A stretch of DNA of 56,646 nucleotides, filler included, from Sphacelaria rigidula (taxonomy: Eukaryota), in the NCBI GenBank assembly GCA_964200075.2. It is 7 parts of 7 records of this genome, joined end to end, with 100 filler letters (N's around TTAATTAATTAA, not from the genome) between each part and the next. Parts side by side here need not be neighbours in the genome. Positions count along the whole stretch, not along the records: positions 16,216 to 24,222 come from CAXNAA020012669.1; positions 24,323 to 32,328 come from CAXNAA020012670.1; positions 32,429 to 40,434 come from CAXNAA020012671.1; 4 more parts are not named here. One strand, written 5' to 3'. The stretch's first letter is position 1, and each line of letters opens with the position of its first letter. Below, piece by piece: positions 23,771 through 36,962 of this stretch. The notes beneath the pieces are model-generated. The model made no database searches. It was not told the origin of the DNA and saw nothing but the letters and a program-made list of their open reading frames with translations. Position numbers and translations under genes: made by a program.

Positions 23771-23843
23771 ATCCCCTGGTAGAGGTAACGAGTATCTATC
23801 GGCGTGGGCTCTCTTCCATACTCGTTGGAGGACCGAGAGATAG
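23761..23843 (+). promoter_or_regulatory. Putative programmed -1 ribosomal frameshift signal (slippery G_GAT_TTT, TAG, downstream stem/pseudoknot)
   Basis: The heptamer 23761-23767 is in X_XXY_YYZ phase. A 9-bp stem forms between AACGAGTAT (23787-23795) and ATACTCGTT (23818-23826). Loop CTATC and TCTC are complementary to downstream GAGAGATAG (23835-23843). Confidence 0.75.
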
Positions 23844-24222
23844 GAACATAGGGTACAAGCGTACACTTAAGGCGAAGAAGTGGAAGCAGGATAAAAGCAC
23901 GAGATTGACTGTGAAACGTAAGGCGCGACGCCGTAGGCTTAGGAACAAAATATTCCGTGAGCTGAACACGGAAATTAACAACCTGCCATTGACACATGTC
24001 ATCATTCGTCAGATTCGTTCCCTCCTCCCTGTACTCTTGAAAGAGAACGTCAAGGTCACCAACACCCATGTGATTGGAAACGTACCGACATTGCCACCTG
24101 CAGTGGTCTCGCTTCTTAGCAAAGGCTTAGCATGTGCTATACCATCGACCCGTCCGTCCAAATGTTTGGACACTGCAGTACAGCAATTTTTTCACCGATT
24201 AAAAGTGAAATACAAATACGGT
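23761..24222 (+). CDS. PLE ORF2, N-terminal part (RT polyprotein); no ATG, -1 frame relative to ORF1
   Basis: Open from 23761 (directly after TGA 23758-23760) to the contig end: GFLDPLVEVT...KRKARRRRLRNK...LLSKGL...FFHRLKVKYKYG. Confidence 0.78.
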
Positions 24223-25763
24223 NNNNNNNNNNNNNNNNNNNNNNNNNNNNNNNNNNNNNNNNNNNNTTAATTAATTAANNNNNNNNNNNNNNNNNNNNNN
24301 NNNNNNNNNNNNNNNNNNNNNNACATTGCCAAAATAAATAAGAAAAAAACTAAGAAGAGCGACGCCACGAAAACCGGTGAGAAGTAGCTCCCCCGAGTTC
24401 AACGGGGAGAGAAAAGAAAGAAAGAAAAACAAACGAACAAACGACAAACGCCAGATCTGTCGGAAGTGTATACCGAAAGAAAAGGAAGAGAGAAGATAAT
24501 AAACGACAAGAACCAGGAAAAGACAGGTGACACAAGAAGAGTAGTATGGCCACCATGTTAGGGGTTCAGCTCAGAAACAAAAAGAAACAAAAACAACCCC
24601 AGACACCCTCATAATATGTTAAAAAATGAGCGTTATTTATCTATAGCAGGCTCGGTCGAGCAGCTGTTGCTGATTTCAACGACGATTTGCCTTGGAATTT
24701 CGTGCAAGAAGTGGCCCAAAATACCCCCTTCCCCCCTGTCGTAGGATGACTCACGTCTGTGAGACCCCTTGCCGCGAGAGCTGCATTCCCCGGCATCTGT
24801 TCGATGACATCGATTCATATATTTTAATTCAATGCGTTTTTAATTCGATGTTAAGGCTACCCAGTGGGCATGAGGCCCGACCCGTAGAACATCACAAACG
24901 AGATCGGGGTGGCGCTGCACAATAGTTGCAAGCTCAGGCACCGCTCTAGGACCCAGCGGTTGGTGAAGCTACTATTATACATATCAGGTGAGATCACATC
25001 ATACATGCTTTGCAAAACCGACAGAGCTGTGCTGTGCTCCACAATCTTCTCCAGCCTTTTCGCACCTGTGTTGGCTGTGTTTATATGCTTTTCTCAACCT
25101 GTGTGCAAGCGCCGCAGGAAGGCAGTACAGTATCAAACTACCTCACCGGGCTCGTGTATCGTAAAATAAGGATGGCAGGCAGAGCATCCGTACGATGAGC
25201 CAGCATCAGCACTCACTTATCCGGCCATTCGCAGGAACTACCGCACAGTACAGACGGCATTTTACAGTACATCCTACTTAACTGGAGATGATCCTCGGTG
25301 CTCAAAACAACCCCGTACATGTAGCCTCAGCAGGGCCGTACATGGTGCACGCTGTCGCTCTAGGTTAAGGTTGCCTACGACTATGACCTGCTGACTATGC
25401 TGTGGATACCGTTCCTACGCTATCGTTGAGGTGGGCTTGAAGCTACTCGTCTAGTGTCACGCGAAGAGCGTGGACGATATTACCGTAAAATACTGCTCTG
25501 AAAATACCATGACGACCAGCAGCAGCCTTTTTTCGGCATCGCGGAATGTCACGTTGTTTACCGCCCCTATCAAAAACAATACAGGGTGCGGTCAGCAGAC
25601 TCGACAAAGCTTGAAATCACGTCATGTTGGCTTCCCAAGTATGGGGAATGTCGATTGCTCACCCTTCCAAGAACTCCAGCTCAATCACACTTTGCAGCCC
25701 ACTGACTGACGATCAATATTTCTCAACCGCAGTCAAAACAGCTTCTGATACCAGTGTTGAAAA

Positions 25764-26111
25764 CTGCCTTCTGGCCCTTTTACGCCTTTTTACGCCCGAA
25801 AGAGGGCGAGTAGGATACTGGCGACTTGGAACCACTTGCTCTAGTCGGTGAGACCGTTTCGAGGCACTTTTGTGTCATCCAGTGACCACAGTTTTTGTTT
25901 TGGCCAAACTTGTATTTCCGAAAACAAACGGTGAAGTCATGAAAACAGGGACACGTTACTGAGGATGCAAGTTTGACCAAAACAAAGCTATGGCCACCGG
26001 AAAACACAAAGGTGCCCTGGAATGGTCTCACCGACTAGAGTAAGTCATTCCAAGTTGCCAACATCCGCTTAGCCCTCTTGCGGGCAAAAAAACAACGGAG
26101 AAGAGAGGCAG
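25764..26111. mobile_element. Palindromic MITE-like element with ~130-150-bp imperfect inverted arms
   Basis: ~25794-25920 mirrors ~25963-26085 (CTCTAGTCGGTGAGACC / GGTCTCACCGACTAGAG). A copy of the right arm lies at ~41165-41310. Confidence 0.75.
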
Positions 26112-26960
26112 CTAGACCACTTTGTATGGCAGCCGTGAAAACGGATCTGAACGCAGATCAGGGGACCTCAGATCCGGAAACGCATTGTATGGACCCCAAT
26201 TTGGCACAAATGGGGGAAGCTCAGATTCCTTTGTCACGATTTGAGAACGCTTTTACACGAATCTGAGCCCAGATCCGTGGAATATCGAGGTCCCCCGAAT
26301 CTGGAGCGACTGACGTACGTATGTTGACCAAACACTGGTGGGGCAACAGGCGTTTGGTATTTTTGCAACATCAGCAGCAGACAGTCTCGTGACGGCACAG
26401 ACAGTGCCTGCGAGCGCCGGCTGCTGGAGCAGCTCCGCACGGGGTTTGACAAGCGGGTGAGAAGTTTTGACGCCGTAACCTGCGGTGATGGCAAAATTTC
26501 ACGCTGAACTCTGCTGCTGTATGCATCATAACGAACGGTACTGTACTATCCTACACTACTATCGGGGTTGTTACATGGTGATGAATGACACTGCACTCGT
26601 GAACTCTTGTCGCACGCTGTGCACTGTTCTCGCAATACCAACTGTACCATCATGTATTACCACACGCCATTATCGTGTACTGTTGTGATTGTGTAGTGTA
26701 CTGCACTGCATCATACCTTGGGGTACCGCCGTACGACGCTGCTCTTGAGGGATGATTCCCTGCCTGCCTTTTCTTCGGCTTCACTGTGATACCACACCCA
26801 CCCAGAAAATGACCGTTCTTGTACAGAAAAAGTTCAACAAATCTGTGAAGCCATACAAGGGTACACACGAATCTGAGTTTCACGAATCTAGGTCCCCCCG
26901 ATTTGGCACAGATTCGGGTCCCGCCAGATTCGGGATTGCCTGCCATATAAAGTGGTCTTA
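26112..26960. mobile_element. Non-autonomous TIR element (~850 bp); diverged inverted copy at ~28590-29330
   Basis: TIRs AGACCACTTTGTATGGCAG / CTGCCATATAAAGTGGTCT. The interior aligns in reverse with 28590-29330. Confidence 0.7.
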
Positions 26961-26989
26961 CAGCGGGGTTTTTTGTCGACACATGAAAA

Positions 26990-28217
26990 GGGGGCTTAGG
27001 CTACTTCTTATGTATAAAACAAACTCTTGTCAGAAAACGCGTTTTCTGATAAATGACCAAAAACCCACTTCTTGTGAGATCAGAGAACGCGTTTTCTGAT
27101 GAAATATTATCTGGTATCATTTTCCGATAGCCCAAAGTTATCAGGAAGTTGAACAGAAAATCGTAATGTTCTGATATTGGGCTATTGAAAAATGTTATTG
27201 GAAGGCTTTTAAACACACCTTACAGGCCACGACAGCACCTGTGATGGCTTGGCTGCCATCGCTACTGCTGTCGCTGGTGCTCGCGGGCATTCAGCATGTT
27301 GCACCATTGTCTTTCACTCGCCAGTAGCGTGGTGGCCTTCTACTCCATGAGAGTAGTAGAAGGCAGGATATATGACGAGTGCTGTGCAGACAGGACAGTC
27401 TATATGTAGTCCGTACAATGTTGTAGCTCAGTTTAGGTCTGTGCACGCAGCGTGTTGCGAACAGCTGTCGCAATGCTTTACAGACTGCCCACGCGCCCAA
27501 GCCTTGTAGAGATAGGACCGGACTGGCGGTACACACAAGGCTAGAATATAGGTAGTGCTGCTACTGTAGTACATTCAATGCAAACAGCACAGCGCTGTCT
27601 GTACTGTCGTCCGTGCTGCCCGTACAATCGAGATCTACAACAGCAGCGAATTTGAAGCCTGTGCATGCAGCGTGTTGCGAACAGACGTCGCTTTGCAGTA
27701 CAGACTGCCTCCGCACCCAAGCCTTGTAGATACAGGACCGTGCTGACAGTGCACACAAGACTAGGAATAGTGCTATTGTAGTACCACAGCCAATGCATAC
27801 AATGCAGCACTGTCGTATGCCCTGTTGTCCGTGCTGTGCTTCCAGTCAAGTACTACGAGTACCGTGCAGTGAAGAAGCACAACCGTCACTTCTACAGTCA
27901 GGTTGCACAGTAAGGGGGTGTTCTTATCGATTGTCTCGGGTCACGCAGCCCACCATGTATTGCTCAGGCAATACGTCACCGTGGTACAGACAGTCAGCAG
28001 GGACCGTACACCACGACAGGACAGCAGAGTGCTGCGTCTCTCTCGCGCGCCCCAGAATTTTAAAAATTATGCCTGCACACGTCATAGAAAACGATGAACA
28101 CTGCGTTTTCAATGTTGATAGTGCGTCGATCACGTAAGAAGGGCTACTTCGAAAAATTATGTGAAACCTCGCTCTGTTGAAAAACGGCTTTTCTGATAAA
28201 GTATTTTTTTATACATA
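26990..28217. mobile_element. Non-autonomous TIR element (GGGGCTTAGGCTACTTCTTATG family), right end truncated
   Basis: Colinear with the copy at 48800-50325 plus 55697-55825. It has internal ~200-bp imperfect duplications. Another terminus of this family lies at ~41335-41363. Confidence 0.7.
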
Positions 28218-31079
28218 CAAATATGATGATTTCAGCCTGTCTGTAGGCGATTTTCTCCCGTGGATTGAGCTTTCGGCCCCCAGTCCGTTGGGCAAAGTTT
28301 CTCGACCAGTTGTGAGAAAACCAGATCGATTCTCCGATTCTCTGCACGTTGACATTTGGTGTGGCACCTTTCTGTTCAACTCGAGAGAGACTCCCGAACA
28401 TGTGTGCGCGAGGGACATACTCTTTATTTGGTACACGCATATTCAAGAGTGTCTCCATCTGAGCAGCAAAGTAACAAAGTCAAAGGTGACGTGCAGAGAG
28501 CCAGAATGATGTGCTGATTTCTCACAGCTAGCTAAGTAGCATTGCGCAACAGACTGGGGGCGGAAAAATCAGTCGACGGAAGAATGGGTACAAATCCCCA
28601 ATCTGCGGAGACCCCAATCTGTGCAAAATCGGGGTGACGCATCTTCGAAAGTCGGATTCGCATGAGGCCGAAAATATGATTTTACGGATTTGTTGAAAAT
28701 GGTTGTGTACACGGAGAATCCTTCTTTACAGGGGCAGGGTATCGCTTCCCAGTGAAGCCCAAGAACAGGCAAGCGATGTTTCATCCTTCAAGTACAGGTT
28801 TGCACCGTGGTACCCCACGGATATTACAGTGCACTACAGTCCATCATCACAGTAAATGACAATGCCGTGCTGTAATACACGATGGTATAGTGAGTACTGT
28901 AGAATGGTGTGCGAAAAGGGTACAGTACTAGTGCAGTTCCGTATATCACCCTGTAACTTCGTCAGCAACAGTGGGATAATGCAGCACCGTTCGCTGTGGT
29001 GATGCGCACACCGTGCAGCGCGGTATATTACCATCGCCGCAGGGCACGGCGTCAACATTTCTCATCTGCTTGTCGAATTTCGTGTGCACCGCCGTTGCTA
29101 CGGAGCGGCCCCTGCAGCTGGCGCAGGTAGGCACAGTCTGTGCTGTCGGGAGACTGTCTGCTTCTGCGCTTTCAAAATGTTTGAATGCCTCTTGTCCTAC
29201 TATCGTGCGTCACCGTATGTACGTCACCTTCCTGCACATTTGGAGGACCTCAACTTTGCCCCCCAATCTGTAGCGCATACTGGGAAAATCCCGATCTCAG
29301 CTCCCCCGATCTTCACAGATCGAGATTTGTGTCGCCATCAAAGCTAGACTTATCCCCGCCCGGGTCAACCCAGTTTCCTTCCACCCGGGGGTGAAATCAC
29401 GCTATCCGTGTTCCAGGCACGATGGGGGTTGTGGTCTACCGTATTCGCCAGTAACACAGACATTCAAACGCCATGGCGATGCCCCCGAACACGCAGGGGG
29501 CATCTTGAGGACTTATTTGGCACATTCTATTTCCATGTGACCCCATCCCCCTCCCGTCTCCTTTCCCGGGGGTGAGCTCAACACATGTCCCAAAAAAGGG
29601 GGGTGTCATCGGACGTTTGAGCCATTTGCGGCCGGGAAACAATGAATCTGAACACGTAACCGCAACCAATAGGAAGCGAGAAATTTACCCCAGCAAGTGA
29701 TACATGTCGTTTTTTCGTCACGGGGTATTACGGACACCACGGGGAAAACCTTGTTCCATTCCCTCGCTGAACATGCTCAAGGGTCAGCATGCACCGTCAC
29801 GGCACGTTACGTACGAATGGTAATGCCCCTGAACACTCAGCAGGCATTGTCAGACCGTATCCACCCCATCTCGCCACTTTACAACCCCTGCCCCTCCTCG
29901 CCGGGGATAAAATCAACTTATCCCCTAACCGTACGATCTCAGCGGGGAAGGGGGTGTTACCCGACGTGTGAGCTATTTGCGGCCGGACAAGATGAGTCTA
30001 AGCACGTGACCGGTCCCAATAGAAAAACCACAATTTACCCTAACTCATGATTCTTCTTGTTCTAATCAACGGGGTTACAGACACCACGGGGGAGGTATTG
30101 TCCCATCCCCTCCCCACTCACGTGCTGGGATCATGATGTACCCTAGGGACCTATTGATCACGAATGCCGATGCCCCTGAACACGCGAGTGGTCACTCAAA
30201 TGTATGCATCTTACTCGCTGATTCGAGACAACCCTCCTCCCTCTTACCGACGATGAGATGAGCAGACCAGCTGGTCTACGCTTAACACCCACTGTTGTGT
30301 CATTTGCAAAAACACGGAATGTTCCAAATTGAGGATGGTTTTTTTCTTTTGAGGATGAACCTTGAGAACCTTCATAGGTATCAAACTATTTTTGAAGTAG
30401 AGATGCGAATGACTATTACGCCATGATTTGTGGCATCGCTGAGGTTCGAAAGCATTCATCCGCAAGTCCTAAAATCTTGTGGCGATACCAAACAATTTCG
30501 ATCTCGTTTTTTTTTCAAATAATCGTCAGTACCCCCTGTTGACCCGGGGTTTTACACTCATCGAATGAGTTTGTTTGCCGAGATGAGCGAGGCTACACAT
30601 GACGGCGGGATAGTGTATTTGTATTTTGTTCGAGACATTTTCGTACTGAGAAAAAACACTTGTGAGTTTGCACGTTTTGAGCTCACTTAATCGCACAAAA
30701 GCGCAAACCTTCACGCCGTTGTCAGAAGTTCTAAACTTTTTCACACACGTACTATAGCTAATCACGATACGTTCGACGGACGACGGATTTTGATTATGAT
30801 TTTCGTGTTTTTCGTGGGCCCTACGTGGTCTTTCCTGGGACTCCCGTAGAACCGGCAGAAATAGTCGGAACGTGGAAACGATCTCCACCATCGACAGTTT
30901 GTAACGATTCATGCAGCGTAGCACATTCGTGGAACATTTTAAGGTGTAACTCCTAGAGATTGCTTGAAGCCCCGCAGAAGAAATATCTGCAGAATGATGA
31001 CCGTGAACCAGGCTGCAACTTTTCCCCAAACACCTTCACCCGGCAGCTGTTACTTGAACGTGTTCACAGGCACCGTAGG

Positions 31080-31470
31080 TAATGTAGGTACCCGGTAGCG
31101 GTATTTGGGACATATCATACCCTACCGATACCGACCCAATCCGGTATTTTCAAATGTCATACTTACGATACCTGCGATCCCAGGGTATTTCGAGATTTAA
31201 ATGCCTACCGTACCCGCCCAATCGGGTATTTCGAAATCCCATACCTACGATACCACGGTATTTCGAGATTATTAAACCTACTGCACCCGCCCAATCCGGT
31301 ATTTTGAAATCTCATACCCACGATACTTACGATACCAGGGTATTTGAAGATTCCAATACCTACCGTACCCGCCCAATTCCGGTATTTCGAAATGTCATAC
31401 CTACGATATCTACGCATACCACGGTATGAGATACCCCGGTAAATACCGGGGGTACCTCCGGTATTTACCG
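31080..31470. repeat. Imperfect tandem array (~75-80-bp unit built from GGTATTT/ATACC motifs), probably MITE subterminal repeats
   Basis: CCCAAT(C/T)CGGTATTT...CATACCTACGATACC...GGTATTTCGAGAT recurs about four times. Confidence 0.7.
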
Positions 31471-33368
31471 AACGCGATACACTCACTCCCCACGATGCAA
31501 CAGGTGGTGCCAACCAAGGCTATGGCATGGTTTCGGGGGATCCCTACCGCGGCAGAGGGGCGGGAGGGGGAGGCAGTATGTCCGGTGTCGGCACTGCCAA
31601 ACCCGCGTGGTTGACCGAGAAAAAAAACGAAGAGATGAAAACAGAAAAAAAACGAGGGGTCGCAGGAGGCATACAACATTCACAACATTGTGCCAAGATA
31701 CCAATCAAGTAACCTAAGAGATTACTCTACTGTAAATACTGCGAAATTGCCGGGTGCTCTGAATGAAAAATACAACTACACATGGAGGGGCGAACCCTAC
31801 TCTTGCGTACTACTGCACCTGCTCTCACGTACTACTGAAATACGTTGGTGCCACGAATGACGGCCCGACCTCCTCGGAATGAAAATCGAATCATTTAATT
31901 TCAACTTGGCACATACTACTGCACTATTTTCGGAGCGCTTTGGTCTCTGCACCCGCGTCAAAAACCACGAAAATCACCACGCGGTACCCATGATCGATTT
32001 CTGAATTTGGTGTCTAACCCTGTCAGCTGATTGCAACAAATCCAGTTGTGATCAGGGCGAAGAGATTAAAAAAAATGAAAAATCATGCAAATGTCCGACA
32101 GCAGCAAGGAAGAAGAGTCCCACGTACTGCACGTAAAGAACGCAAAACAACTTGGCCAAATAACATGCTACTCGCATCGCTCCAATAGCATATGGGCGCA
32201 GTGATGTCGCGTCAGCGGCCATTCGCGCTAGCTCTCGTTCTCTTCCTCGGTCCGGGGTGCATTGTGTTCGGGCGGGGGGCGACTTCCAACCTGGGGCACA
32301 CAAAAACTTCGACTGCTCAACTTGCACCNNNNNNNNNNNNNNNNNNNNNNNNNNNNNNNNNNNNNNNNNNNNTTAATTAATTAANNNNNNNNNNNNNNNN
32401 NNNNNNNNNNNNNNNNNNNNNNNNNNNNGGGGACACCGTCACGAGGCTCCCTGGGTCTTTCGTGCGTATCATTAGTGGAAATTAGACGACGCCGACACCC
32501 GACATCACCGAAACATCACGGTTTCGGGTAAAATTCGACCGCGGTAGTAACCGTTTCAGAAATATGATTTTCTCGTTAGATTCCCGTATGGCGACGGTTA
32601 CTACGATTTGAAGCATGTAGAGATTGGGTGAAAATTGGGCTTGGTATTCGTAATGTAGATCTCGGAACAGTTAGAAGGGCGCTGATTGGCTGAGACACAT
32701 TCGTCCATAGCGCCACCGCCACGGCCTCAAACAAAAATCCGGCTATGTCACCCTCTTCGTCTCTTCATTGCAGTCAGTATGATACCATATATGCGACTAC
32801 TGGGTGCGTATTGCGGAAGGCATTTGCTGATGACACAATTTTGGGTGATCACCGTGAACCAGCCTGTATCATTGGCCTCGTCCATCGATCAGCAGGAATC
32901 TAAAAGTTAATGTATCAGGTATTCTTCTCAGATCCCTTCATTAATAGTGACGATGTTTTCAAACGGTGTTATTCCCGGAAAGGCACAGACGGTTTGGTTT
33001 TGACGGGATTTCGAAAATAGAGAGCCAAGCCGTGTTTTGAAAAGGCAATTCGGTTGGGTAACACCACGGCGGTGTGCTCAGTAAGCGTCTCTGGGGCGTT
33101 TTTTGTCACGGTGGGGGAGCAGCTAGGGGCGGTGTCTAGTCATGTTTCTGCCAGACACTACTGCCAGGTATTGTACCCTCATATTCCACCGCATGTACCA
33201 GTGCATGCCCCGCATGGCATGTGTCGGATAGCAAATTTTGGGGAATTCCCGGGGAAAAGTCCGGCTAAATTGCCAAAACCCAATGCGTGACGTCGTCGAT
33301 GTCCAAAATTCCCCCCGCTTTAAGCGGCGCTGGATGACATCAGCCGTTGATCAAGGAAGAGTGACCGA

Positions 33369-34110
33369 TCACAGTGGCTGAGGCCTTTCCGCAAATCTTT
33401 CGGAATGCTTCGTACTCACGAGGAGTCGAGTTAAATATGTATTTACAATCCATCTGGTGATCGTCCGCATCTCGACGAGCTCCTTCCATGGCCATACATC
33501 ACACCCTCTTCTGTACCCAAAATGATACCCTAAATGCTTCCCTTGAAGGAAAAAGTCGTTGCAGTAATCAAGCCATCCACTCTTGAAACACAAAAATACA
33601 ACATCTTCACGATCGGGACTGCTCACAAACCACTCTCCTCCTCAACTGCAAACAAGTTCTTTACTCGGCAAACAGAGCACAAAACCGCATGATTCGCGCA
33701 AGATTCCGTTACCGGCGGCTTTATTTACAGTGGCACTTGTCTTTGACAACGACACGCTCAAGTACATCAAATCACCAACAAGTAATGCTGCGCATGTCGA
33801 CATAAACCGAGCTTCCCCGATTACTCCGCTCATTATAGCATCGTCAGTCTTTCTTCAACTCCTCCATCATGCCCTCTGCACTACGGCGCCGGCTCGTAGT
33901 TGTTGCCCAAACCCTCTTCTCTACTACTGACTGACCGCAACCGTTTTGACATTCACCACATGGAACGGCATCACAGGCATTCATACACCATGGTCATCGT
34001 GACGCCCCGTACGTGCCGTGTCAGATGTAAGGACGATAATTTCCCGGCCCGGTTCGAACATACAGGACGACGAATTTCCGAATTGGATTTTATCCGGCGG
34101 AAGTAGATGT
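33369..34110 (-). pseudogene. Possible decayed DDE (Tc1/IS630-like) transposase remnant
   Basis: Two same-frame ORF pieces separated by a stop read GVIGEARF...KAAGNGILRESCGFV...FFLQGKHLGY. This loosely resembles the HDExxF / KGxGxSIMVSDF / GKxxDGYW motifs. Confidence 0.3.
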
Positions 34111-36962
34111 TGGCATCGAGGCAAATAACGACGGTCGCGTAGGTTTTGTGGTTCGCCATGCCAGGGAAAGAGGAAGCCATGAACGAACGGAGAACACGAG
34201 AGAGGGACACGAACGACACGAGGGACACGAGGGACAGGATGTGGAATAACTAGTGAGACACGCCATGTTTCGTAATGGGTTGCCGTATCAAGCACTTCCA
34301 CTAGCATGCTATCGACTGAGGTCAACAAACCCACCGATAAACAATACAATGTGTACTGGCTGATCGAGAATAACGCCTTCGATCGAAGAAAAGTATCATG
34401 GAACATGACACACAAGGTCAACAGAGGCAAGCACGTGGGCAACGAAAACACGCATCTCGTGGTTATCGAGAGCTTCTCCGAAAAGGACGCGACGTAGGCC
34501 GCCCTCGGCTCAGAACCAGAATGGACGCACCATTGGTCGCTGCAGAAATCATCATGCATCAGCAGTTGAGCAGTGCACTCGAGCACTAAGGTCGTACGTG
34601 TAGAAATCATGATGAGTGTCGGGTATTTCTTGAGCGTAGAAACAAAACGAACGAAAAACGCGCATGAGTTTTATTTGTTTCCAAAACATCTCCATAGGCA
34701 CCATGTCCAGCGAATTAATCACCACGAGACCTGTGCCTACGAATATCGACTCGAGACAACCACCCACATCGCCGAACAATGATGGTCGCGCAAATACTCA
34801 TGCGTCTGAAACTCTGACACAGACGAAACGGTCGAATTGGAACACGTGAACATTACTCGAGCACAAACAACGATATGGCAATAACCGTAGAGTTATATTA
34901 GTCTTCGTCCAACTTCGCGGACAGCCACCGCAAGCAACGTGCAAGACCAGGCGAACAGCTCCCTTAGTGCAGAATTCACACAGCATGCCAGCATGAACAT
35001 GTTGGACACGTTAACCTCTGTCATCATCACGGCACCGGTGAACGGCCTCAGACAGACAAGGCTGCCGACCGAAAATTCCGCCATCATGCAAGATAAAGAT
35101 ACGACTGGGAAGATCACAGACTATATACTTTTGACCGATAACACGCTTAGGAAGGGCCCCCGTGCTGTATTTAATACACGGTACGGTGCACGAGCAAGCC
35201 AACCATTGCACCGCGGTCGTAACGCGCACGCACAGACGCACATGAAAACTGCAAACAGGTAACACGCGCATACAGACCGTAAATAAATACCACGATCCAG
35301 ACATTATTTCACGATACAAGCAACAAACAGCGCTCTACGGTCTTCCCAACCCCTCCCTTCACCCTCCATGCCACTCGCCAAAAACACCACGGCGCTTCGT
35401 CCCGGCTTTGTAGGGATGCGAGGTCAATGGCCTCATGCCTACGGCACGCATGATCGTTAGTAGGGTCCCGCCATCGGCTCCGCGCCCCCTGGCCTCCCCG
35501 AGACCCGGCCGCCCCCCCCGGCGCCCCCTCCCCGCNNNNNNNNNNCTCCTCTGCGTTCCGTCCCGGCTTGGTAGGGGGGCGGGCCACATGGCCTCGCTCC
35601 TCCGGCACTCCTCATGTTGGAGCCCCCCCCCGCCCCCCCCCCCGCCATTTTCACACGTTCGACACCTCCTCCTCGGGGTGAGTCTGGAGGTCTCGCAAGT
35701 CTCAAGCATTCACCCCTTGTTCCTCGCCCGGTCCATGTCTAACGAGTTTTTATCGAACAAGCGGGCCAGCACTTATGCAGCCTGTCGGCCGTCACATGGA
35801 CTCTTTCATTTTCCATACATCCATTTTCACGCTCTCCACGAGGGGCATCAGATTATGTGCTGATAAATTGCGTATGTAGATACTCTCAACCGTCAAGTCC
35901 GCCACACAATCGGTTACGGTAGAAAAACACGCTGACCACCGAGACACAACGGAGAGGGAGATACCAAAGTGGCACCCAGTGTTCTGGTTGGCTAAAAGAG
36001 AGCTGTACGCACTCCACCAGTCAGATTGGCGTTCCAACTTCGCTCTCTCCCTCTACCCCCTCGCAACTGTACTATTGATGACAATATTTGCGGCAGCCTT
36101 GCTGTGCTACGAACGGATTAAAATTTACCATCAACCAATCATGAAGGATTGGTTTATTGGATAACTCGACAACGAATTGTAACAAGGCGCATAGAGATTC
36201 TATGGATGCGCTACGGTAGAGTCACACTTCTGAATACTGGATATACAGCGGTCGTCCGCAGACCGAGCTCAATTTGACGATACAGTCGCTTGCAAGACCA
36301 CGCGCAACCGTACAATCACAGCAATATACTATCGCGTATCTACCCCCAATATAACGCAGTAACGATAGCGCATGTGGTGCCTACGCCCTGTCGGGCACTG
36401 GATGCTACAATACATAGTTTTTGTCCTCTCTTCATCGAGGTTGTCCTAGGTAGTGGACGCCATGCACAAGCTCTCTCGAACGTTGATATGTCTTGCAAAA
36501 AAATCACACGAAAAAAATCTCCCCGGCTATTTGGAATGATGAAAACATAGTACCCGTCATTTTCTGATTCATCGTGGGGCGGAGACACACTGAAGAACAT
36601 CGCAAGTTCATCATACACTTGGATCTGAAAGATGTTTTAATCCAAGATACGCAAACAACTTCGAACTACTGCAAGGAGAGGCATCCACGCCCTACACGCA
36701 GAGGCGGACGACACGGACATAAAGCACAAGGGCACAAACGTAGATGCGCTGGGTAGAAAAAAAACTGACAAGAAAAACAGTGAGATCGAAATCGTGGAAG
36801 AGCGTATGCGACCCCACAGTAGGATCAACATAGATGAAAGGGGGGAGGGTATCCATGTGGAAGTCATTCTACCCGAAGAGATTGCGGTTACACAACACAT
36901 CCACACAAGATACCGCGCGTGAATGAAGATCAGTATGCCTCGTACGGGTGCCTTCAAGACGT

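Larger units (their letters stand above)
22036..24222 (+). mobile_element. Penelope-like retroelement, 5' portion (pseudo-LTR, structured leader, ORF1, start of ORF2); truncated by the contig end
   Basis: ORF2 contains VIGNVPTLPPAVVSLLSKGLACAIP...LDTAVQQFFHRLKVKYKY. This matches the conserved PLE pre-RT motif (L...E..LL.KGL.F.P......F.R.LRLK..F). It is preceded by a copy of the 127-bp repeat. The RT core itself is not in the window. Confidence 0.8.

Noticed and set aside
31080-31470. CRISPR-like array
   Set aside because: Units are imperfect tandem repeats without unique spacers, in a eukaryotic context with no cas genes.
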